Shown here piece after piece: positions 50,041 through 64,000 of a stretch of DNA of 64,000 nt. The DNA comes from Hydrolagus colliei (lineage: Eukaryota), in contig CM068757.1 of assembly GCA_035084275.1 (NCBI GenBank), positions 6,758,001 to 6,822,000 on the forward strand, written 5' to 3'. The notes beneath the pieces are model-generated. The model saw nothing but the letters and a program-made list of their open reading frames with translations, did not search any database and was not told where the DNA came from. The stretch's first letter is position 1. Each line of letters starts with the position of its first letter. The position numbers and the translations under genes are program-made.

Positions 50041-53000
50041 GTCTCAATCTCCGCTGATGGCGCCAATTTCCTCATGAGTAGGGAAACTGCTTTAAGATGA
50101 GTTAAATGAGCTTTACCTTGAGATTAGCAATCTGTACATCTCAGTGATCTCCCTGGGCCAATCGACAGTTACGAGGGCATCACAAAAGCCATTCCTGCAC
50201 ATAGGCACTACTGAAATGGCAAATTGAACTGGATCGGTTGCTCTTTCGAAGAGCCAACACAGGCACAATGGACTGACCGAATGGCTTTTTTCCTGGGCTA
50301 TAAGTTTCTATGCTTCTATTCTTGTTAGCACAGAGGAGGCTAACAGAGTTAAAATGCACATTGAGATGAGCTCACTGGGGATACATTGAAACTTTCCAAT
50401 CTGTTGGACTCAGTGTTCTGCTCAGGCCCATGTCATTAGCTACTAGGCCATCAGAGGAGATGTGTATTTATTTTAAATAACTTGGCTTGATACAGATAAT
50501 TATAAAGCTGCCTTCTTCCAAGATGCTACCCCACATCAGTGACCAGGAACCTACGTGAAGAACACTGTGAAATTACCTGAGGTTTCAGACACACAAAAAA
50601 AATCATACAGATACAATGAGGGGGTTGTTCACATGTTTGCCCTTCCCTTAACAATAGAAGGTATTTGCGATGTTTTCAACCTGCAGCTCGCAGTAAAAAT
50701 AATAATAATAATCCTTGCATTTTTATATCGTGCTTTTCACATCTTATCGACGTCTCAAAGCGCTTCACAGAACATACACTAAAGTGAATTGACTGTATAT
50801 TTGTGGGCGAAACGGTTAATATTCAAATCTGTTGACTGACTCCGTGTTTGGAATTGTATTTGAAAGCCATCACTTTTTGTTTCTGTGGCAGCCCCTACTT
50901 GAGGCTGTCAAACATGAACTTTGCTCTGCCCGTGAAAAAACAAAGTTCACTGCCCAATCTCCAACAGTAACTCGCAAACTCAATGTTGTGGGATTCCGCA
51001 CCTCATTCTGTCTTTTGTTCCTCCTGAAAGATGGAGACTTGGGTAAATCCCAAACCTGGTTCCACCCCTCGCTCTGATATTCTCTCCATTAGTGGTGATG
51101 TTGTGTACCTCAGTGAAAGAAATTACAGGAATATCTGAGATAGATGGGTTTCTATTAGTCATTCTCTCAAGTGCACTGACTGACCGGTGTGGAGAGCGCT
51201 ATATAAATGCAAGTTGTTGTTGTTGTGTGCAGTGTCCAGCTCACTGATGACTCTCACCCAACCAAGTCAATCAAATTGGAGTGACCAGACGCACAGCAGT
51301 CAAACGGGGACTGACTGGCTTGTGTGGGAAATTTGGAAATTTCCTGATTGTCGCCATCGTTGATTGTGAGTTCCCCTTGAATGGCTCCAGATGCAAACCA
51401 TTGCACGCAGCCTAGTTCAGAAGATTCATTTAAGTCCAATAAGGTTTTTCAATGCACAGATGTCTTGTATTTTTTGTTTGGCCCCCACCCTCCCTCCCAC
51501 ATGAATTGGCGCTACCGTTTTACATTTTAATCGCAAGCCCTTTCTCCGATTAGTCAAACGCTCCGCACCATTGAGCTCATGGGCAAAGTTATCCCACCAT
51601 TTTTAGTGCATTCCAAAAGGCATATCTTCCTTCAATAAGATGTTTAATTTAGTGCCAGAGGGGACACCAATTGAATCAAACGTCTAATTTTCACATGTCA
51701 ATAACCTGTGCTTGCATGAAACACTAGTGACGTGAGATTTCACAGGAAGCAATTAGCAGATACACTTCGAATTAACGTGAAGCAAAGGTGCGGTTTCACT
51801 ACCAGAGATTTTTAGCGCAGTCCTCATCACAATTAATTAAGAGGAACAGATGCATCACACAATTGAAACATTCACTTCTGAAGTCACTAAATGACATAAG
51901 CCAGCTGTAGGTATCCAAATTAGTCAGCAATGCACTGAAAAGCATGTGCTGTGATCCTAGCACAGCTACTGTATATTATTGGACAAGGATGCAGGCTGCT
52001 GCAGCGTGTGCTAAGCTTGCAATTTATATATATTTTTTCAACCGAGGCTTTTTCAAGATGGCTACTAATGTGATCTTGCAAACGCTACAAGAAGACTTCC
52101 TTCCACCTTCTCACAATCAGTCAGAAGCTTGATGATATCCATTGTGACCAGACGATGGCAGCAGCAAGCCTGACTACCCACACTGTTCAATTCACTGCAT
52201 TTCCAGTTTCTCGCAGTCACATTGTGAGGCATCAAGGGAGCAGTTTTTACCATGCAAATGAGAACAGAGAGCACACTATGAACACAAAGAAAACACTAGC
52301 CGCCTTTAAGATTTGGCTAACAGTATGATTTTTTTAAAAAAAATTTATCCCCATCCTTTATTGCGCTTGCCACAGGTTTGGGGGTGGAAGAAACCATGAT
52401 AAATTGGCCCTGGTTCTTCCTGATATTGGCAGGAACTGAAAGTTCTGCGTGTTTCCTCAATGTGACAGGACCACAGTCTCGCCTGATTAAGCAAGCAACG
52501 TTCTGTGTCTCGATCTTAAAGGAATGACCAAGTTCTGAGTCTTTAAATCACCCGAACATTAGGCAAGTTTACTTACTCCGCAAGCCCATTTACTTGCAGT
52601 ATGTAGGGACCCAGTTGTTAATCAATTGGCGGATTGTTTTCCGACGGGTAATAAACTTTTAAAATATTGTTTTGGAAGTTCATCATTCAGCCCATGGTTG
52701 TGGGATTCGGATGTGTGCAATTGGAGACCATGTTTTGCCAAATAGTTAATTAACTTTAGTGTATTTTGTGAAGCACTTTTGAGACGTCTCGAAGATGTGA
52801 TAATGTGCTACACCAAAAGTAAGGATTACTATTGTTGAGTGCCAATTTATATATTCTCCTCACCTTTCTTTATCTCGTCTGTCCTCATCCAAAAGTGGAT
52901 CAATGAACGACATTTGCTTGTGCCAATATTAAACCAGATGCTGAATTCTTAATCATTTTGTTTCTCGCACTCCCCCTCTCCCGTCTCCCCCCGCCCACAC

Positions 53001-56000
53001 CCCCCACCCCACTCCCAATTAAGAACACTGCACCGTGCTTCTTAAATCAACATTATACTTGCCATTGGGGTGGGGAAAGAAACTTTATTAAAAGATTTGA
53101 TGTACAAATGCATTTAATCTCAGTACATAAACTGTACATACAATGAATTTACAAAAATACAACTGATTTTGCCAAAACATAAGCATAATGCACATCACCG
53201 CATTGAAATAAAAACCACAAGCATGGATCACATTTTCTTCACAGTATTTTGTGTGAAAAAACAAGCAACACATGAATTACCCCAATATGCGAGTCAATTC
53301 CACCTACTTGAACTGGGATTCCACTAAAGTGCTATAATTTTCTCTCATCAATAAGGCCAACATTAATTAGTGTTGATATTCCCAGCGTCCTTCCTTCCTC
53401 CCTTCCTCCATGCCTACCTCTTGCATCTGATCACTGAAAGGAAGAACTGCGTAAAAAACAGCAACATCTTTGGCTGCTGCCAAAACAGTGCAGTGGTTAT
53501 TCAGCGTGAAATACTGAAATGCTGTGCTAAATAAGTTCTGGATCCATCAACAGGAGTCGAGGTGTAAATGAGGGTTCTTAAAACCGATTGAAAGTTTCGA
53601 AGACATTTTTTTTAAGGTAGTTTTTTTAAAAATTAGGATTTCATAAAAAAAACAATTCACGGAACGCAGATTTATATTACGCCTGCATCTTGAAAATAAA
53701 TTCACGAGCTGAAACCTAATGATCTACAGAGCTGTACGCTACTGAGCAAGTTCTAAATGTACATACATACATGCTTTTCAGAGCAGATTCCTCAGTAATA
53801 ACTATGCTAGACTTACTGTTGTAACTGTAGTAATGTACTGTAGAAGTGTAAAATATCTAAAATAGAAGTGTAAAATGTGAGACCAAAGTCCTTTTAGAAT
53901 TACATTTCTGGTGATGCAATCACTATTTGAAGGCTATTTAGCGTTCACTCTCATATTGCTATTATCATGCAATAGTGACTGGCAATTCTGAGATGATTCA
54001 ACGGTTTACAAAGACCATTGAACTCTTTGTTTGTGCAGAGCAAAAATGTTACGGGTCCACAACTCACACAGCCCCGCTACCAACCACTGGAAGTATCATA
54101 GAACTCGTCTTATTTAATAATATGAAGGAATGAATCAAATCTCTGCAGTTTATTTTTTTTTAAATCCCCCCCTTTACCTACACAACGAAAATAATAATTA
54201 ACAAAAAGATACCATAAGGCAACACTAACTCTCTTGGGAGATTCTGAGGTATGGATTAGCAGTGAATTATTGCAACACCAAACACTGCAATAATTATTAC
54301 TGTTCTCCATTTTGTACTGCAAAGATTATTCTGCCGTGTGTGTGTGTGTGTGTGCGCAGAATGTGGTTGAACCCAAATCTTCCTCATTATCCATGACAAT
54401 TCGGGAAGCGCAACAGGTCCTGCTCATTGTCACTGCAGTGAATTGTAATTTTTTTCTGGCAGTTAGCGATTAGCATTAAGCGAACGCAAGGTAGCAGCAA
54501 GGAGAAACAATCCAAAACACCGGAAACAATCCAAGGAGGATGATACGAGAGACCAAGCCAGGGCAAATCCAGTTGTGAATAGTGAACAGTGATGTGATAA
54601 TGCAGCAGACAGACACCTTGGGAAGGTGGCTATCCCAACGGAAGCACTTGAAAAGCTGGCAAAATAAGTTATGGAGAGCTCGGACCAACATTTGCAGATT
54701 GGAGGGCGTTCACACCCTCACCACCAACACTGCACTGTGGCAGAGAGCGAGAGACGAGGTTATTTACAAGAGTCAATGGGATCTCGGGGAGGTTGGTAGG
54801 ACCTGGCGAGAGATTTAGAGAAAGCTGAACAGCTTGGAAGAAACGTACGAGAGGAACAAGCAAATGTCACATCAGCTATACTGGACACAACGCAGCCAGA
54901 GCGGGGATTTCTACGCTGTAATCAAAATATTACAAGTACTCCGAGATGCTGTCTGCTGTCTGGCGTCAAAGGTGTAATATAAATGCAAGTGATTGCTGTT
55001 GCCATTGCAGGGACTGTTTGTTTTTCAAACAGCATAAATGGGGTATTAGCAAATGTGTAGCTCAGAACTCCGCACAAGTCGGTAAAAGTGTACCTTTGAA
55101 AGTTGTAACTGCACCTTCAGTCAACCTCCTACCCACTTATCCTCTCCGGCCCCCTCACCCCTACTGATCCCAACCCTTCAGCTCGGGTCCAAATCCTTTT
55201 GACTGTCCAGTGTCTTTGGATGCCTGCCCAACATGAAAGTCGCTATATAAATGTAATTTATAGGTGTCGCAATATTCATTGGCAAAGCTGTTATAGAAAG
55301 TGGCAGAAGGTCCCTCCCATCTGCTAAAGCAATGGACCGAAAGAGCAATGGAATTACTTTGGCTCAAAATGTTTAGAATTCTTGGATTGAGGGAGGCTGC
55401 TTTTGTCCCACTCTTGTCCCACTCTTTCCTTCACAGGTCTGTGCCACTTTGAGAATTATTAGCTAATGCGTGGTTGGGTTGGTGGTGGTGGGGGGGTGGG
55501 GGGGGGGGGCACGGGGGGGAGAGGGAAGAGTACTGAACAGTCACAGTGTGAGATAAAGAATAAACTGTCAATTTATTTAGGACGGAAGCTTGTAAAGATA
55601 GAAAGTGCGTGGGGCCAGCCTTTAACAGGAAAGACATGACACAAAAGGAATGGGTGAAGATGGCACTTGTTACACTACTTTGTGAATCCCTTTCTCTCTG
55701 GAGGTTGGTCTGCATTGGCAGCACAAGTCCTACTGATTCCCAGCCTGTTCCCTCTGCGGTTAAGGAGCAAATGTGCAGAGAAATACAAGCAGACAGGGAC
55801 CAAGGCAAAAGGAAAGGTGATCCTAAGGGTAATTCAACACTGTAGGAGAGTTCTTGGCATGGACAATGCAAGCACTTAATACAAATGTATTGTGAGCACT
55901 CATGGCAAACGTGCATGAGTTAGTTCTTTCTGGGTCCAGAAAGGCTGTCCTGTTACAGAGGTCCCTCTGGACAAACCTTCGCTGGTCCCTTTCATCTACA

Positions 56001-58209
56001 TCAAAGCCAAGGTTTCTTTGTGTGGGAATGTTACACAGGACACCATCATTTCTGCTGCATATTTGAGACACCTTCCGAAACTTACCCAGGCAGTGGAACC
56101 AGATCTTGGTGTGAGTTGTCAAGAACTAACACCCTGGAATAGCTGTAATACAAAAGATATCTTACGCAGTGCAAGCCTGAACTTCACTCTGGAGAACTGA
56201 GCTTTAACGTTCGGCATCCGTGTGCAGTTGTCAGACGCTACCATTAATTGGACAGAATATAATTACGTGAAAAACATTGCTGCTCGAGGCCACTGTGTGT
56301 TCAAATCAAGCACACCTTGGACCGGTAGAAATCCAGCAAAGCATTACTACAAAGCATTAAAAAGGTCACATCCTGACATATGCAATGAGATCTCAGCCCG
56401 AATGGGGTAGTCACAGCTTGGATGCATCATGGCGCACACACTTGGCTAGAATCATAGTTTAGCCCCACTGGTGGCTAAAAGATGACATTCACATTAAAAA
56501 AAATGAAAGACCGCAGTGAACTTTACTAGTTCTTACGGTGGGACGCACCTTTAGCTCCTCTTGCTGCAAGATACAGTGTTCCATTAAAACCTCCATGGTA
56601 TAGTATTCCTCAGTGATTCCAAGGCAGGTAACTGTTTTTGTGCAAGCCTATTTTATCATACAAGCTTTTTTGTTTGGGTGGGTGGGGTGTTGGGTGGGAA
56701 GAAATCGACAGTATTCTTGGGCCTCTCTGATATTCTCTCAGCTCCCCCTGAAAGTATTATTGCATCAGCAACAATGTGAGCATCCTCTCAACACAATAAT
56801 TCACCGCTTTCTCCACCAAGTCTTGCAACTGCGTTCCCTCCAAGAGGTGTGAGCAAAACATCATTGTAGTCCGATAAACTCATTGGTATGTCAAACCTTG
56901 TTGAGCAGGATCCCTTATAAACACCTTTCAAAAATTGCCCAGGGAGAATCTGCCATGCGGTGTACACATGATTATGCATAAATTGAGATATTACATGCAG
57001 CTTTTCAGATGCCACCACCACCACCACCGAATTGTTCACTTATGGCGTCTATTCCCTCTTTGCAAATCACAGTTATTAAAAAGACAAGATGGGGAAGGAC
57101 CCACAAATGACGGGAATGCATCATCGCGCCATCACTTCCCCTCCAACAGCAACGCCCCCCCCCCCCCCCCCCCCCCACCCCTCGCTCCCATCGAGAGCAA
57201 GAGTACTGAGCACATACAATCGGACAAATGCGACAACAAATAAGTGCCATTTTACTGTCACGGCAAATGACAGGAACCGTAAAAGAATCCACCCCTTAGA
57301 AAAATCATCTGTGTTCCAGCAACCCTTTCAGCAAACTCTATTGATTTGTTCTGTAGCGGTTGCTACAGCTGAGCAGGAATGGGTCAGGGCCTTTCGCATT
57401 GACCGTTCATCTAGTCTGCGATTACATTTACTCACTTTGCTGGCAACAACAAATAAAGCAATTGAGTTGGCCAGAAATGATTTTTTTCCTTCCTTCTCAC
57501 TTATTACATTATTACTATATCTAAAAAGTGGGTATTGCCAAAAGAAACGTAAAAGCATTTAAAAACAAAATGAAATTTTCCAGTTGGAAAATATCCCAAT
57601 ATACAGTACCTAATATCACATTCATTGATCCTCTATCTAACAAATAATGCGCCTCCTGTCAGAGAATTCACTAGCAACCTTTCTCTGTACTGGATTACAA
57701 TGAGTCTTCCAACTCCTATGCATAAAGCCATTCTACAAAAGTTAAACGTGTCACTGATGACTTTGTTTAGTAAACTTGGCAATCGATAAATTGATATAAT
57801 TTGTTTTAGCTGCATAAATCGTTACTTTTTTTTTTAAAATTCCCATCACGTAAAACAAATCAATGCACAGTCAAATCTTTGCTGGAGATTGCTGTGGTTT
57901 GCAATTGTTTAGTTGTTCTCTCAGCTTCGAGCCTTTGCTCCGCTCCACCTTCGCCTGCCTGCTTCCAGTCAAACACCCAACTCTTTCTTCTGTTCAAAGT
58001 AGGATTCAAATCTGGCCAGAGCATAATCCTGAAGAAGAAATGTATTCAAGTGTTATTCGGTGAAGCAGTCAAAAGAATATACACAGCAAAAATGTATTCA
58101 TGTACATCTTGTCTAGTGCTATGTAAATAAACTAGGTTTCCAAAGGGAACACTTTAACTGGATTCACATGTGGTGTGTCCGAAACACATGTTAAAACACC
58201 CACACATCA

Positions 58210-58329
<120 letters not shown>

Positions 58330-60226
58330 TTAAAAAAATGAATTCAATATTAATATTTACATCACTGAGCAATATCTTTGCCCAGAATAACAAAACGGAT
58401 GAAAAGCTCCCTCAGCTAATTTGCCCTCATCCATCCAGAATACCATTGGAGCATCAAGGTCTCTCTTAAATTAATCCCCTCTCCTTGCCTCAGCCACACT
58501 AGTTGATAACTTGTTCCAGATGTTGCTCAGTTTTTTGTGTGCAGAAATATTTCCTGGTCTGTCCCAAAACCTTCTGTCCACAACCCTAAATCTACAACCT
58601 CCCTTCCAACAGTATTGAAATATTTGCGAGTGTCACTGAGACCGTCCACAAAACACATCGAAGGGGACTTTCTACCAGTAAGGGGCTTATTCGATTGGTG
58701 TGCTTTCCGCCCCATGGTTCAGCTAGTTATTCTTCATAATTCATAACACTACGCAGATTTTCCTCTGTCTCTAGGGATTCTCTTTTTTCACGGTGACCAG
58801 AGAATTCTACGCAGCCAAACTGTAAAGAGTTACGTCTGAACCCAACCCCATCTAGAGGCAATTGTTGTTCGCCTGCTGAATGAAAAATCATATCGTAAGC
58901 GTGCCACACAATGTTTGCTTCAATAAAGACTCCCTTATATGTACAACAATTCCGTTCTAACGTGAATTGTGCTGCTTACAGAGCAAACAAAAGACAAAAT
59001 CATATTTTCAAAAGGAGAAGGGTTTTTGACCATTTCGGATAATGAAGCAGTTAATTATTCTGCGCAAGGTATTCCATTCAGTTACATGATAAAAGTGAAT
59101 ATGTTCATTCGAAGAGCTCTACTGTACATGTTCCCTGCAGGCAGGCAGTGCTGTATTCCTAAACAATAGTGTAACATGTCTTAAAAACACATAGTGTTTT
59201 ACAATTACAGTGTACAACGTATTGTGTTTTCACCAAACATAATAATTACCTATTTATTTCTTGCAGCATTTGCTCTTCCATTTTCACTCGCTCACTGTCA
59301 TCCAAATTGTCAAATCCATTCTGGCACCCGGCTTTGTAACTTCTGATGAAATGGAGCTGTCATAGAATTCATTATCACTTAAGAGTTAATGATAAGAACA
59401 GGACATTTGCTGTTATTATATTTCAGTCCAGTGCACGTTGGTATCAAGGTTGTGAAAGATTTCATATCCTTTCCTCCAAACTGCACTGGAATGAGGTTTT
59501 ACAATAATCCTCAATGTTAAGATAGGCCGATACAAGAAAAGGTGAGCTTTACACAGAATGCCGACCGCAAGGTACGATTGTAAGGCTGTAATCTGATAAC
59601 AATCTTGAATTATGTGATAAAAGCACAATAGTGAAATAAGAACAGTTGTGTGTGAACCTCATGGTTAATTTAAACCTTTCAAAAGCACCTTTAAGCGTAA
59701 TGTACAGTGTGTGAATTTTATCTGGAAGCTTCATTTAGTAACAACCATAGGTGTCAAATTCACTCCGCTGCTCAGCTGTCCTGCCATTCCACTTCACTGA
59801 GAAACCAGGCCACAAGGTTCATGACTGTGAGCCCGTCACTGCCCCGTTACTGTTGAGAAATAATTGATTCTCAGTTTCTACGATTCACCGAGGGTTGTGG
59901 AGATTTGAGATTTCCAGCACCTTGGGACATTCTCCCGACGTGAAAAGCGCTGTAGAGCTGCAAATTTGTTGTTGTTGTAATGTGTGTTAATGAGCACGTA
60001 CACTTCTGATATGCTACACTCTCGTGCTATCTTCCTCAACGCCAGATTAGTCAGTTGATGGAGTGGGGGAAAAGAGAGTCAGCAGTTGCTCACGGTATGA
60101 GTATTTCACATTAGAGATGCATAGACAATTCAATCTGTGCTGGTTCATTTGGCACGGATTACTTTAGTGGCATTGTTGCTCTGACATACACAATGCTATT
60201 AAAGTGCTATGCTGTCGCACTCATTA

Positions 60227-60409
<183 letters not shown>

Positions 60410-63400
60410 TTACTATGTACACTTCTGGTTTACCTTTTTTTTAAAAAAAACCTTTATCCAACCAAAGTATGTGTAATGTAAAGTAACATTTTAAGGATAA
60501 CTTCATCTTCCAGCTTCGCTCCCCCACCCACTCAATTTTTCCATTTACGAAGGCAATTCACTGTTATTGAGTTACAATTCCACGCCTGCTAGCATTTACT
60601 CACCGAGACATTTGGGAAGGTTTCTTCAAGTCTGTATAAAAAACTATAGTTTAGCCTGTTCCCCAAATAGACCTTATCCGGAGACGCAAGTTACCTGGCA
60701 TCAGCAGACTGCTCTCCCACCTGGACAACCATTGTACAGTTCACTACATAAAGGTAGGAATTTCCAGGTTACTAGGTGTGCAAAATCTTATTATTATTCA
60801 CCAATTTGTGCTTATGACTGGGGGAAGCACACTAACTGAAAGATTCTAGGGTAAAACCTATTAATCATAATCTACCAAAACGAGATCAGAGTTTGGATCT
60901 AACCATGTGTTTAACTCGGCCTCTTGCACTCAGACCTAAGAGTTGCAATGGGCCGATGACTATCACATGAACTTTTGTTTGACAGGCATTCTTTTCATCC
61001 ACGGCCTCTCAAAATATCAAGAATATAATGTTTTTCTAATGGGCGTGTCCTCGTGAAATAGGTTTGGTTTGTATAATGTGTCAGTTTTGACCCTACTTTT
61101 GTTGACAGTACGAGTAGAAATCTAAAACTCTTCTGGTGTGGACTTTATCAATAGGCTGTATGAAGATTTTAATCAAAAAAGGAGCAGGGAGAACGCCTAA
61201 AGAAAGCATATGGAAAGGATCTAAGCAACAGATCATGATTTAACTCAGAGCAGAGCTGCATTTCCACAACTGCAAATTACCTGAAGTTATAGCTGCTGTA
61301 TTCAAAGTCAATCAGCATCAGCTTCTGCTCAGTGGAGTCACCAGTATTGTTCAACAGCAGAAGATTTCCTGTGATGAAAACAGTCAGATCGCACACGTAC
61401 ATAAAGAAATATATACTGCATGCACAACCTTTAAAACATTTTTGTTGTACTTGATTTATCTTGTTCAGTCACATTAATTGCAATAGATTCCTTTCTGAAG
61501 CACGCACTAAGATTTAAAAGCTGCAATTTTGGAACTCACTCCTTGCAATTTGGTAGAGTAATGCGCATTATAATAATTTTGTTTTAATTAACCTGCTTCA
61601 ACTATACTTGCAGTGCTTCTCTTTAATCTAAGCAGCATCAGCTTTAATTAAACTAAATTGGGGAAAACTATTTTATCTTTTGTACAGTTCTTCCCTCCAC
61701 TTTATACCCATTTGCCCAATACATTATTGAACAATAAACATTGTTCTAAAATACCCCATACTTCGCGATGACCCAATACTTATGATTAAATATCAAAATC
61801 AATTACGAAAGGAGACCAATTCCTCAGTTTCCTCATTTCATCCCTGCTCTTCAATTTCTTAAAACAAATAAGAGGTTTCGCCCATACATGCTTTTTTCTG
61901 CTCATTTGTTAATGGTATGTTACAACATTTTCAAAATATCAGATGCTTTTTGTGTCAGTGGTTATTTTTAGAGAAAATAAATCTACTTGCTGTCAAGCAC
62001 TTTGAGATATGAAAGATACCACAAGAATGTACATTGGATTGGTTTATTTTGGCCCAACCTTCACTCACACACTCTATAAATGCAGAAACTTCATCAGGGT
62101 TTCAGGAATGATAAAAGATCATAGCTCAAAGTATTCATTTATCATCAGGTGCCGACAGAATTCTCTTTAGATTTGTAACCTGTTTTGACTTGAATTCCTA
62201 ATTCCCAAGATCAGACTTGATCACTTTAGCTCAGCGAAACATTTTCGCTGAGCCCCCCTTACAAATCTGAGCAAAAGTCACATTTACACTATCCAACGAG
62301 GAGTAAATCCACAGGAATTGTGTAGGAAAAACTGGGAAATGGCAAGGTCTCACCCCATTTCAGGATCACCAGCATTCCAAACTCACCTCAAGCAAAATTG
62401 GGAAAAATCTACAGGCTGTGGGCACCACCCCCCCACTGGATCTCCTCCTCACTCACTTGGGAAAACCAGGAAATTAGAATATGATGAACGAAGAGCTACG
62501 GTTCCGGAAAAGAGTATTCATACCATGAGCCGTTCATTTTTTCACACAGATTTCTCAGAGGACGAGAAAAATTCAACAAGAATAGAAACAGGCCTCAAAC
62601 TAATGGCTTTCAGCTGTACGGCACTCTTTGAAATTCTGCTGATACAGAGCTTTAAGTTCATTTTTTATTCCCTTCCCCCCACCAGTCAGCAGATAACCAA
62701 TGTTAGGGTGTTTCTTGAAGCATGTAGATTGGTTTAACACGGACGGTGTTAATAGATAGAGAAGTGAACTGCGTGCTGCATTTTATTGCCCGCGTTCCAG
62801 CACTGCTCTTACACACACCGACTATGGGTGCTCAGAATGGGACTTCCCAACAGCCACAACCACGTCAGTCCTAAATCAAACCCCATCTTGGTCGTGCTTA
62901 AGGCTACGGTTCCCATCATCAGGCACATTGCAACCAAATCCACTTCTGTGCTCTGATTAATGAATCCGTTTGCAGCCAATAGCTTTTTACATCATACAAG
63001 AGACTGGTAATATAGATCCAAAGCACTCGCCTGCCAACATTGAGCTTTGTGTGTATACTGTATTATGCTAAAGTTCCTGTCTGAAGCTGCGCGGGAGGCC
63101 GAGTGGAGTAAGTTCAAACGAGGCTTTGGTGGATTCACTGCAGCGCGACAGTCATTATTTTGGCAACTCAATGTTTGAAATATATAATTGGGAGATTCAA
63201 TACGAGCTCTGCCTACATTGAAAAGCACTGATCCAAAGTGGGCCAGCAAAGATTTGCTGAAGTGCTCTTTCGTTTTCCCGTAATAGGCAGGAGGAAAGAG
63301 GGATCAGCCGGCAGGATGTGATCGTAATGAGTCAGACAGCTTTCTCCCATTTGTAACCTCTCTTATAACCACTCCTCTACCCCCCCCCCCCCCCCTTACA

Positions 63401-63673
63401 CTCCTCCTCTGGATAGGGTATTGTCACTAAAGAAACACCAGGGCCCCATACATTCCAGTAGGGAAATATCTCATACAAAAAAACGGGTTTTTCTTACAGC
63501 ATTCTCTTCTGCTGCCGCAAACTGCCTAACCTCGTGTGGGCCACCCCCTTTTCTTCCAAATAGTATATTTCAAATATCCCTCAGATTGATGAGGCTTCCA
63601 ATAACAACAAGCCAACACATGATACACTGCAATACAGTGGATTTACTGAGACAAGGGCCTCATCTGAAAATTA

Positions 63674-63871
<198 letters not shown>

Positions 63872-64000
63872 TTATGGTTGTGCTTCCAATGCAGGTTTCT
63901 GAAGGGAGCACTAATAGCTTCAAATACTGCATGATTTAGAGTGCTGCGCTATGGTCAACAGAAAATATAATGACCCCAGTACTCTAAGGGCAGACATGAT

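Larger units (their letters stand above)
625..52835. repeat. Dispersed 5'-truncated SINE 3' fragments (approximate): 625-752(-), 1058-1150(-), 4570-4636(+), 4915-4980(-), 8455-8575(-), 11085-11180(-), 14195-14308(+), 16294-16352(-), 17050-17130(+), 18535-18660(-), 19322-19490(-), 19565-19625(+), 20140-20250(+), 24285-24370(-), 25610-25800(+), 26560-26660(-), 31230-31360(+), 36205-36320(+), 37955-38010(+), 38070-38220(-), 40113-40235(-), 42930-43015(+), 44630-44735(-), 46965-47095(-), 48500-48565(-), 50698-50812(-), 52680-52835(+)
   Basis: Each matches part of the family 3' end CAGTCAATTCACTTTACAGTATATTCTGTGAAGCGCTTTGAGACGTC..GTGAAAAGCGCTATATCAAATGCAAGGATTATT at varying divergence. Confidence 0.8.

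Noticed and set aside
17865-55425. Short tandem duplications (17991-18038, 24267-24290, 26598-26619, 32334-32355, 43345-43366, 53840-53875, 55402-55425)
   Set aside because: Ordinary slippage or repair duplications of 10-20 nt with no shared sequence.
55431-56410. Cluster of 60-160 aa ORFs as a gene or pseudogene
   Set aside because: No recognisable domain and no consistent splice or phase structure.

Overview
Vertebrate genomic DNA (AT-rich, with spliceosomal introns). The repeat content (a very abundant tRNA-headed SINE with a DeuSINE/L2-type tail, L2 and CR1 LINE remnants, Penelope-type relics) suggests a cartilaginous fish, probably a chimaera; the species is inference. Two genes are visible. 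(1) The 5' end of an unidentified minus-strand gene: a CpG-rich promoter at ~7.75-8.4 kb (YY1, CCAAT, GC box, three PBX/PKNOX-type decamers), exon 1 ending at 7757 and a 62-nt exon at 5626-5687; the rest probably lies left of the window. (2) A complete plus-strand synaptotagmin-family gene assembled by hand from six coding exons (28115-33434, 1260 nt, 419 aa: TM, linker, C2A, C2B, WHxL end) with degenerate Ca2+ ligands and one predicted GC-AG intron. The remainder is non-coding, with roughly 50 SINE/LINE pieces; their density falls after ~53 kb. Nearly all other ORF-track entries are spurious. I cannot demonstrate a wholly new biological system. The best leads are the atypical synaptotagmin and its splicing switch, a spliced uORF, decayed hammerhead ribozymes and a two-donor templated insertion.
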